Shown: piece by piece, positions 50,867 to 64,000 of the stretch
Numbering within the stretch: position 1 is the first letter of the stretch
How the letters are laid out: every line of letters begins with the position of its first letter
Assembly: GCA_031835245.2 (NCBI GenBank)
Contig: JAVKOQ020000078.1
Span: forward strand, 124,001-188,000
Length of the DNA stretch: 64,000 nucleotides
Direction: 5' to 3'
Source of the DNA: Balamuthia mandrillaris
Taxonomy: Eukaryota
Made by a program: the position numbers and the translations under genes
The notes under the pieces: generated by a model
Database searches by the model: none
What the model saw: the letters and a program-made list of their open reading frames with translations, nothing else
Told to the model about the DNA's origin: nothing

Positions 50867-51274
50867 AGAGCGGTATTTGATCGCGTTGCAAAATATAAAG
50901 GATCCGGAGGTGCTCGCCCACATCCAAAACTTCATCCAGCGGTACCACGAAGAGGAAGCAGACAAAAAGGGACACAAAGCAAAACTAGGCCACAAGATCA
51001 TCCGTCCTGTTTCACTTGCTGACTTGGATCTTCCTTTATCAAGTCGTAGCGGTGGAGGCGGCTTCTTTCATGGTCCTTCATCTTTGCACAGTTGCCTGGC
51101 GGATCTTTTGGTAATTCTATCTTTCCCCTTTCTCTGTCGCTTCTGTGTTTTAACCACCTATAAAAAGTATGTGTTGTATCTGTCGGGCAGAAGCAATGAT
51201 GAAGGACTAAGAGAATGCTTTAACTTGCTTCCCTCTGACCTCAAACCTACTCGAGAAGTTCGTTTCTGTTCACA

Positions 51275-51317
<43 letters not shown>

Positions 51318-51510
51318 CTCCCTCTGAGATTCCCTAAACCCTATTTCTTTTTCCATGCTACAGGTGTTACACTACATCGAAAAGATATCGATCAAGAATC
51401 CAGCTATGGTGCAACCATGCCAAAGGCTAGTCGTCAGCGAGAGGAAGCATAGAACGCAATACCAGAGGCACGTTCAGAAGCACCTCTGGAATAACACCGG
51501 CACCTACTAA
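49288..51510 (+). CDS. Hypothetical protein with coiled-coil regions
   Basis: Long ORFs joined across CT-rich GT-AG introns, with an E/R/K-rich heptad-like segment. No domain recognised. Confidence 0.65.
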
Positions 51511-51608
51511 AGTTCTCGCTTTCTGTCGTTGTCGTCATAGTTTTGTGTATTATTCTTAAGACAACAAGAAATAAAAAGGGGTGTGAAGGAGAGAAAAAAA
51601 AAAGGTAT

Positions 51609-51956
51609 TTACTGGGCTGCGTTTTGTTGCTGAAGGGCGGTGTTCTTCTGTTCGATTTTTCGAAGCTGTTCGCTCACTTTTTTTGACGTTTCTAAATACT
51701 TTTTGACGCAGCGCTCCGCACAGTATCCCTCCCCCACTGAAACATCTCCCTCCCCGAAGCGAGTCACGCACTTGGACCAACAAGAGGACTGCACTCTGCA
51801 ACGAACGGGTCATCATCGGAATACAGCGAGGGAGAAGAGCAACTACACATACCGGCTATAGACGTGTTGAATAGCTTCCATTTGGTACTGGGCAGCGACC
51901 ATAGCTTGCTCGTCAGTAAGAGCTTGCCCTTCCGCGAGGGCTTGCTGCAGCGACAT
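51609..51956 (-). CDS. Small Tim chaperone (Tim10-like, twin CX3C)
   Basis: Two exons giving CWSKC...GDVSVGEGYCAERCVKKY. Confidence 0.88.
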
Positions 51957-52121
51957 TGTTTGTTTTTTCTTCTTCTTTCTGCGTTTTTGTTTTTGTTTTG
52001 GGGGTTTTTTTTTAATACGGATCACGTCGTCACGAGTGAAGTGCTTGAGGAGTGGTGCTGTTTTGTTTTGTGACGCGAAGAGAGGGGAGAAGCAGAAGGA
52101 AGCGGCCGGAGGAGGAGGAGG

Positions 52122-52461
52122 ATGGCGGAGGACAGGGTAGCCGCTGTGGGGCAGGCGCAGCGTGGAGAGCAAGTGGTCCGTGAGCTTGTGGCTACCGCCC
52201 ATTTGATCTTTCAAGAGATACGCAGCCAGCGGTTCGCCTCGCCCACAGGAGCGGGCTTTCAGATGCAGCAGGCTACCGCTGCAGAGAGCCCTAACCTTGG
52301 GTTCAACAACCGGCAGCTGCACAAAACCCTGAAACACATCCAGGAATTGAAGGCACGCTACCTCGGACTCTACAAGGAGCTTTTCACCATTGTCACCCGG
52401 CTTTCAAATGAGAACTTAATACAAAGCGCATCATGGGTTAGTTCTCTCTCTCGCTCTCTCG

Positions 52462-52504
<43 letters not shown>

Positions 52505-52761
52505 GATCAAATCAAAAGGAAAAAACAACGCAACAAACAGAAAAAGTAAAAGAGGAAAGAGACGAAAAGGAGCAAGTGAATGACGAAGATGTCCCAAGCC
52601 AGCAAGAGGATATGCGGTGGCAAGACCTGGAAATACTTCGAGAACAAAGAGATGACCTGCGGAAAGAAGTGTTGCAAAAGAACCAAGTGATGCGAGAGCT
52701 CATCCATCGGCTCCGCCAGCTTCAGTTTCATATCAACACAATGGAGGCTTCATTTGACTAA
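52122..52761 (+). CDS. MED30: Mediator subunit 30-like protein
   Basis: GEQVVRELV..AHLIFQ and KNQVMRELIHRLRQLQFHINTM resemble the conserved N- and C-terminal MED30 blocks. Confidence 0.65.
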
Positions 52762-52827
52762 TTAAGACGAAAGCAAGTGAGACAAAGATAGATGGGTATT
52801 ATTGTAGAAGCAGACGAGCTGGAAGAC

Positions 52828-55852
<3,025 letters not shown>

Positions 55853-56118
55853 TTTGTTTTCTTTTACAGTGTTCTTTTTATGTCGACAACAAAGAAGTCA
55901 GACTGTATTGCAAGAAAACAAACACGCGTAGTGAAAAACGCACACTGTGGGGGCAGCTCTGCCAATAAGGGGAAAAAGAACGAAACGAAAGAAGGACTCT
56001 TAGTCAGGTCGTTTGCGTTGGTGGTGTACTGTATTACGTCAAACGCGTAGCACCCGCTGACTGTAATCCTGCTTGGTTGCCCTGCACTGTTCAGCTGTAA
56101 ATATTTGGACCCCGGAGG

Positions 56119-56212
56119 ATGCTCGAAGTGGTCCGCAAAACAAAATTTAGAAATGCTTACGCCTCCACTTGGAAGAAAGGACAAACCTACGACAACCTAA
56201 AGGTCCGACAAG

Positions 56213-56245
<33 letters not shown>

Positions 56246-59200
56246 AGTTATTCCTTGTTGTTTTCTTCTGAATTTTAAACCTTTTGTTAACATGTTGCGC
56301 ATCAAACGTCGTTCAGGTAAGTCTAGCGGGTGGGGTGGAAACCAATCCCATTCGCTTGAGCCCAGAGTTCTTCGCTCTACCATGGGCCAAATCTGGCGGG
56401 TTAGGCTGCTTGTTCGTGCTACCCTTGGGTGAATTTGGACGGGTGGCCCCCAATCCACCCCTCATAGAGGCTCACCCTTGCTCCATTACCGACTTTTGCT
56501 TCCATCCTTTCCAACCGGACCTCCTTCTCAGCGCCGCTGCCGACGCTTCGCTCAAACTATGGAAGATCCCTATGGGTGAAGGTCTTGCTGTTGGTGGCAG
56601 GAAGGAAGATTTGGAGGCAGGAGAGGAGTTGGATTGGGGTGTCACTAAGCCTATGAACGTACCAAAGGTAGACCTTTCCGTGGTCTCTTCCGCTGCTCAT
56701 AACAAGAAAAAGATCTCTCTCGTTGCATTCCATCCTTGGGCTGAGAACGTGCTCCTCACAGGAGGTGCTGATGGTCGCTTGCTTCTTTGGGTTTGCAACT
56801 TCATTACTTCCTTTCTGCTTCTGTTCCCTTTCTTCTTTTTTTTAGTCTTTTTTATTGTTTGTATTTAGCTTTGCTCATTATTCTTTGATGGCTGTTATTC
56901 CCCAGGATCTGAGCAAGCAGAGCCCGACAGTTCATATCGACCTAGATGTAATGTATCTCCTCGTTTACTTGCTTTCTTGCTAAATGTGAACACTGTTCAT
57001 GCAGGGACTAGGTCATAAGAACCTTGTGCAGTCCGTATCATGGAGCTTCGACGGCTCCATTATGGCCACTTCCAGCAAGGTCAGACACTAGCTTCCAAAA
57101 CAAAACGAAAAATAGAGTGCGATCGGCAGAAGAGAGAAGAGCTAAAATAAAAGGGACGCAGGGAAGCAGAGAAGAGAGAGAAAGAAAGATAAGAGAAAGA
57201 GAAAGAGAAAGAGAAAGAGAAAGAGAAAGAGAAAGAGAAAGAGAAAGAGAAAGAGAAAGAGAAAGAGAAAGAGAAAGAGAAAGAGAAAGAGAAAGAGAAA
57301 GAGAGTGATGAGTGGTCTTCGTTGACTATTTGATCAACCGTTTCAATGAAATGCAGGACAAGCAACTTCGCATGGTAGATCCAAGAGGTAAGTTGGTGGT
57401 AGCCATCGTGGAGGCCCACCACAGTATTAAAGGGTTCAGAACAGCATGGCTTGGACACACGCCCTACATATCGAGCACAGGCTTTACCAAAGAGAATCAC
57501 CGCGACCTTGCTATTTGGGATTCTCGTAACATGTCGCAAACCCTATCCCGGCATGTTATCGATTCTGGGCATGGTACTGCTTATAACTCTCCTTTCTCGT
57601 ATTCTCTTATAACAAGACTTTTCTCCTCCCTTATTCGATATTGTTTTAGGTTTTATGATGCCGTTCTACGACATGGATACCGGCATAATGTTCCTCGGAG
57701 GCAAAGGAGACAGCAACATTCGTTACTACGATATCACACCAGAAGAGACTACCTGCTGTCACCTTCTGGATAATTATCAGCCCACGGGTGCCACTCAGAT
57801 TGGCCTCGCCATGTTTCCTAAGACCATGTGCGAGCCTACCAACTGCGAGTTTGCTCGCTTTCTCAAATTAAGACGAGATAAATTGGAGACAGTAAGCTTT
57901 ATGGTTCCACGACAGGTACCAATTTGATAATTTTTGTTTGGAGAGTAGCTTTGATGTATTCAACTTTCCTCGCTTCTCGCTTGATACCAGGGCAAAGGGA
58001 GCCAATTCTTCCAAGAAGATATCTTCCCAGAGACATTGTCAGGAGAGGCGGCACTAACCGCTGAGCAGTGGTTCCAAGGACAGAAAGCGAAGCCCAAGTT
58101 CAAGCAGCTGAAGAAGGAAGGTCAAGTTTCCATTTATGACGTATCGAAAGCAGAAGGTGGTAAACGGCGACCTGGTGAAGAGTCTGAATCACCTTCTGAA
58201 GATAGTGACGAGGATGTATTCTATCATGAAGGTAATAGCGACCGAAAGGAAGGATCTGAGGAAAAGGAAGACGCTGAATCCGAAGAGGAAAAGCAACACG
58301 ACGAGCGCATCAACAAACATGAGCAAACATTGAGTTCCTCCGAGCCGCCTGCAATAACATCCAGTGAAGGGCACAGCAATACACGCCCTCGAACTTCTTG
58401 GTTCTCACGAAATTCTTCCTCATCTACCTCACCTCTTGCTGGTTGTTCTCGCAACACCCCTTCTGTAGGCGGGTTTCTCTCTCGACAAAGGCCCTCAATC
58501 AATGATACTAGCTCAGCAAGTCAGACTTGGCCTAAACAGGAGGTAACAAAAACAAACGAAGGAATACAGGCCAGCAAGAAGAATACAAAGAAAGCTAAAA
58601 AGACTAAGAAGGAAGTAGCATTAGAGGGTTTTCTTTGGAAACAGAAACCAAGCAAGTTGCGAAAAGCATGGGATAGACGTTGGTTTGCTGTACGTGGTGA
58701 CGTCCTCTACTACTTTCAGAACAGTACCACTTCTTCTTCTCTGGGTATGTTCCTATCTTAATCTTAATCTTTATCTGTTTCTTTCTTTTTCTTTTGCCTC
58801 TATCATTTGCCCATAAACAAGGAGCACGTACCTACAAATACCTACTTAAACAGGGAGCATACCTCTGCAGTCCATATTATCGGTCGAGGCTACCAAAGAC
58901 AATTGCATATGGAACCTAGTTACACCCAAACGAGTTTACACGCTTCAAGCATCTTCAGAACAAGAATGTAAACGTTGGAGCGAAGGACTTGCGGAGCGTA
59001 TCAAACGTATCAACGATAACGGTATGCTTTATTTAATGTTATTTATTTATTTATTTTAAACTTATTTTTAATATGCTCCTTATTGCCGTTCAAAAAAATA
59101 AATAAATCAAGATGCCGTCCAGGAGAGCGAGATCGGTCATGCACTAAGAGAAGCGGCAACTTTTACAACCAACATAAGACCTGTGTCTATCAAAGTGGCG

Positions 59201-62200
59201 GTCAGACAACAGCAGATTCCCACTCCTATTTGTGGATATCTCTTGAAGAAGTCTCCTAACTCAGTACGTTATATATCTAAGAAAGTTCCCTTAATTTTTT
59301 TAAAAATACTAAAACATCTCTTGCAACTTCCTTTGCTACGTCGTTTAGGTTGGTGGATGGCAAAAACGTTGGTTTTGCATGCAGGAGGAAGGGGTATTAT
59401 TTTACATGGAGTCCCAAGAGAGCACAGGTCAACCCCTCGGCAATATTCACATGGACAAGGTGCTCAGCATTCGCGATGCGAGCACCAAATTTGGTGGACA
59501 CCGACGCCATTGCTGCTTTCAGATAGACACTGGAGAGAGAGTGTATTTCTTGCAAGCACCAAGCCGAGATGAACGGGACCGCTGGATACGAGAGCTCAAC
59601 CTTCGGCTTCAACAACATAAGACCCCAACATCATTACCCTCTTCAACTACGAATTCCATGAAACCCTCACCACTACCTTCTCTGGGTCCATCTCAAAGAA
59701 ATTTGGTGTTTCAATCGCCATCAGCAGGAGCAAACAAGAACAATGCACTTGCAAGCTTGCAAGCAGAGGAGGACGAGGAAACATTACGACAGCTAATGGC
59801 CAAAGGACTTATCACTGCCGATGCTCTAGATGTGTATGAGGAAGAAGAGGAGCCTCACTTAGTCAACCACCAAGAAAGGACGGAGATGGAAGGTTACTTG
59901 ATGAAGTCACGAGGAATGGGATATTTGTTCTCTGGCTGGAAACGAAGATGGTGCAAGTGCGCGGATGGAATGTTGGTTTACTTCGCATCAGAGGTGGCTG
60001 CCAAACCAAAGGGCACTATTTACTTGGAAAGCAGCACCGACATCCGGCCCTTGGCCCACAACAGCAAAACAAGCTCGTCTGGTGGTCATTTCTACGGGAT
60101 GCTGTCCTCCAGGAAAGATAAGGAAATGCAAAATGCTTTTGAACTCACAGTACCAGCCCTCGAGCGCACGTTTTTCTTTTTGGCCAAGGACACTGTTGAG
60201 AGAAACGAATGGCTCACCTTCCTCCGCGCCGAGAAGAGAAGAATGGCAGCAAGACGAGCATTGGAAGCAGAGTCATGGGCACAATCAGAAAGCGAGGAGG
60301 AAGAAGAGGAAGAGAACGAGGAAGAGCTCGATGTAGAGCAGCAAGTTCAAGAGCTCGAAGAAGTGCTTAGCGGCATTGATAAAGATTTGCACGGCATGGA
60401 CGGTGCAGTGGAAGCGTCAGCTGTGATGCAGCAGACAGCATCAACAAACCAAGACGACGAAGGAGGTACTTGGGAGACCAAGTTTAGGATGCTGGAAGAC
60501 AGAGATGCGGACCGCCAGTCGCTTAGTGTGAAAGCCGCCCAATTCTTGAAGCAGAGGTTAGAAGAACTGAAACGAATTCAAGAAACGGAAGAAGTCAATC
60601 AACAAAAAGAATGGTTGCAAGATGAGCAACAAGAAGGTGGGAGAAGAAGCGATAATGCTGGTGATAAACAATCACCAAAGCGACCGCTAATGAAGCTTAA
60701 CTGGATGCAAAGACTTAATGTACAGGAATTGTCTTTTATGGAAGTAGCTGGATTAAGGCCCATACAGTTCATAGATTTGGTCTTGCTTCGAAAGGGCAAA
60801 TCCAAGATGCTCATCCAGTGTTTTGGAAGAGCAAAAGATCTTCGTTGCCGTCAGGTTTATTTATCCTCTGGTGTTTTTGGTTTATTTATTTATTTATTTA
60901 TTTATTTGTTTGTTTGTTTATTTTGTTTTTTGATTTTGTTTTTGTATTTTTTAAAAAAACACGCCGCTAACCCATATTTAAAACAAAGGTGGATGTAAAG
61001 CATCCCATCCTTAACCAAGGTCATGTTTATCTATTGGATTGTGGGACGGTGGTTTACCAATGGAATGGCTGCATGGCTAATCGCTTGGAAAAGGCCAAGG
61101 GCTTGGATATTGCCTCTCAAATACGTTTTAAAGAAAGGGGCGGTACTCCCAAGTTTGTAATAATAGGTTTGTTCTGGTTTCGGAGGTTTTTTGTTAACAT
61201 AATCTAAATGGCTAACGTGCTCTTTGTGAATGTGCACAGATGACACAAAGGAAGACGAAAATGCGCCCGACTTTTGGAGAGCTCTTGGTGTGCAACCATC
61301 TGAAGCCATCTACAACCCGACTACTAACAAGGCTCACCCCTCGGTGAGCACTTATGATGCAGTGAAGAGGAAAATGGTACAAAACGTGGATTTTTTGATC
61401 AACCTCTACCGGGTAAGAGATAGCAAAGTTGAAGAGAGGAAGATTCGGTTAGTACACAAAAATTCCCGTCCTTCCAAAAAGAAGCTGGACTGTCGTTTTT
61501 GCTACGTGTTGGATTGCTTCAGTGAGTTGTTTGTGTGGATCGGCACTCAAAGTAAGTTGGCTTCCCGTCAGCTGGTGATGAAGGTTTGTTTACTTCTGTT
61601 CATATGTGTTTTATCTGTTCTAATTCTTTATCATCCTAAGGTTGCTCGTGCACTTCTGCGACAGCCCATGCGAAAACACACCAGATCCATTCTCTGCTCC
61701 ACTTCTAAGGATGCTGCCACAGCACTTTCTGTTGAGTTCAAAGCCTCTCAACAAGAGAAAGGTCTCTACCTCTTCACGATGGCTCTCTGTTTCTCTCTTT
61801 TCATCTGCTAACCAGAAACCAAAGACATAGAATGGGCAGAAAGACCAGCTTGGACAGCCATAACAAAGATCATGGAACATGCAGAGACAACGCTCTTTTG
61901 GGAAAAGTTTTGTGACCACGTTGGAATGCTTCCGATTCAAACTACACAACAAACGAAGGGCAGTGGCAGCTTCATTGCTAGAAGAAAAGAGCAGCCCATG
62001 ATTGACATACACTATCTTCGCGAAAAGAACAAAGACTTGCGAGAAAATTGCGTCTACCACGAGCAAATGGAGTGTCGCTACAAGAATGGATTGTTGCGAA
62101 CTGAGGAGATGGAGGAGTGGAAAGCCAAGCAGCTAGCAGATGCCCTCGAGAGAGAACGAAAGGAAAAAGGTGAAGGCAAGGTGCTGAAGCAAGTTGAAGG

Positions 62201-64000
62201 TGATGAGTGCATAGGTGAAGCAGAGAAGTATGAAGACATCCAAGAGCATGAAGGATCAGAGTTCGAGAGGAAAATGAAAGAGAAAAACAAAGAAAGATTA
62301 GCACAGCTGCTCAAAGTGAAGGAACAAGACTCATTGTCCAAACAAATCATCGTGTGGAAGATTGATGAGTTCACCAAACGGCCCCAGGAAGAACGTCTCT
62401 ATGGCCAGTTCTGGTCAGCAGAGAACTACATACTGATGGACTGTTTTGTGGATGTGTGGAAAGGCAAGGAAAGGAGGATTGTCTACTTTTGGCAGGGACG
62501 GGAGAGTGATGTTAGAGAAAAGGGCACGTCGGCTCTATTGACGGTGGAGTTGATGGCAGAAATTGTGGCTGCTCAGAAGGAACAACAAAGAGCAAGAGTT
62601 GGAACTTCTTCCTTGCCGGACTTGTTGGAAACTGCTTTTGTTGATGTGGAGGATGCAATCCAACTTCGTGTTGTGCAATACAAAGAGCCTGCTAGGTTCT
62701 GTTCCCTCTTCCCATTCCCACCAGTCCTCCACCAGGGCGACCTCTTGGATTCTACAGATAACCCCGAAGCAAGACAACATAAGTTCCAATCAAGCAAACG
62801 TTTGCTGACCTCCATGAAAAACGAGTTTGGAACAACTAATGCGGAGAAACGAATGAACATCAATTCTCTCTTCTTCTCCACGTTTGTCGGGGATTGCAAG
62901 TTGTCCATGTTTCAACTTCGAAAGAGCAACACTACCCAGAGAAGGATGATCGTGGAAGTTCCTGCACGAATTTCTTCCTTGGATTCTCGGTATGTCTTCA
63001 TCTTATTGAAGCTACATAACAATTGCAGGACCCTTCCTGAGAACCTCCACATACTCAATGCAAAGTACTTAAAGAAGAAGAAGAAGTTGCCTAAAGACAT
63101 ACTTTTGAGTGCAACTACTGGTGGCAACAGGAAAGAGGATCATCTACCTTCACCACAACAAGCACAAGTAGAGAAGATGGGGACGGGCTATATTTGGGTG
63201 GGCAAAGGGGTTAACAACAAGTATTATGAAGAGCTGTGCCAGAAAGCAGCACAACACATAATCATTGGCAATGCCAGGCCTGACATTGACACTTCTTCCA
63301 TGCAGCCTGCACTCGCTGTCATTAATGAGGGCACAGAGCCTGAGGAGTTCTGGCAGTGGTTAGAGCTGAAGGAAAAGCTCATCAAACACAAGAGTGACAA
63401 GAAAATACTCGATGAAGAGAAAGAAGAAGAAAAGAAAAAGCTCAACGGGACAGAGAATGCATTTGACAAAGGCTCAGGAAAAATAAGGAAGAATCGAGAG
63501 GAGAAATTGGAAAAGAAGCAACAACGACGTAACTATTTCCAAGGTAGATCCTGGATAGAATGCACTGTCTCTCCACGGTTGTTTCAGTGCTCTGGTGCTA
63601 CTGGCATTGTAGAGGTTCTTTGTTTTTATTTGCATTTTTTTTTTTTGCTAATAGCTAATATTTTTTTATTCCTTGTCTCACAAGGTTGAGGAAGTATTGG
63701 ATTTTAGTCAAGATGACCTTGTAAGTTCTAGTGTGATGATATTGGATACACATTTGTGTGTTTTTGTTTGGATTGGCACCCACTCACGAGAAATTGAAAA
63801 AAAGATTGCACTGGACACTGCTGTTGTATGCTATCAATTTTTTCTTTTGCTTTTCAAAAAAATTAGTTCTAATTTTTTTTCAGCAATTTGTTGAAAATGT
63901 TGAAGATGGCTGTTCAACAAATGCCCAAGTTTATATTGTTAGAGAGTATCATGAGCCTTTAGCATTCACCCACCATTTTCCAGGTTGGAGCCAGCTTACT
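56119..64000 (+). CDS. Villidin-like protein: coronin WD40 + three PH domains + gelsolin/villin repeats, 3' end runs off the window
   Basis: Coronin motifs KTKFRNAY, ITDFCFHPF, GKGDSNIRYY, FMVPR..FQEDIFP. Three PH motifs (EGFLWK..WDRRWF; GYLLKK..WQKRWF; EGYLMK..WKRRW). Gelsolin motifs VYLLDCG..VYQWNG, VYFWQG, QDDL....VMILD...FVWIG. Confidence 0.92.
57192..57305. repeat. (GAAAGA)n hexanucleotide microsatellite in an intron
   Basis: Directly visible perfect tandem array. Confidence 0.95.

Noticed and set aside
57024..57539. Poly-ER and poly-SF ORFs
   Set aside because: Products of the (GAAAGA)n intronic repeat.

Overview
Eukaryotic nuclear DNA that is gene-dense and intron-rich: about 28 genes in 64 kb, short GT-AG introns often filled with (CT)n microsatellites, and intergenic gaps of mostly 50-400 bp. 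The gene content (Clu-TPR protein, villidin-like coronin-PH-gelsolin fusion, several RhoGAP/ArfGAP-PH proteins) suggests a free-living amoebozoan; this is an inference. Recognisable genes include sideroflexin, a PhyH dioxygenase, cytochrome b5 reductase, UFM1, SDH4, a cap 2'-O-methyltransferase, an MFS transporter, a CENP-T-like protein, a PfkB kinase, a UbiG/Coq3-like methyltransferase, a class B DnaJ, a GH3 glycosidase, a small Tim, a MED30-like protein and NSUN2/Trm4. I found no tRNA, rRNA, CRISPR array or transposon. Most notable observations: an intronless 137-aa orphan built of about 13 tyrosine-centred repeats; a palindromic TGTCGACA element in most promoter regions plus a second TCACGWCGTCA motif; a CENP-T candidate carrying an Ndc80-binding-type motif; a stand-alone SMARCB1-like winged-helix protein; a bacterial-type VOC domain split by introns; an unannotated cathepsin pseudogene fragment; an intron holding a copy of the neighbouring RhoGAP arginine-finger exon; and a candidate structured ncRNA. 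Gene boundaries were spliced by eye and some are approximate. All family assignments come from recalled motifs, not database searches.
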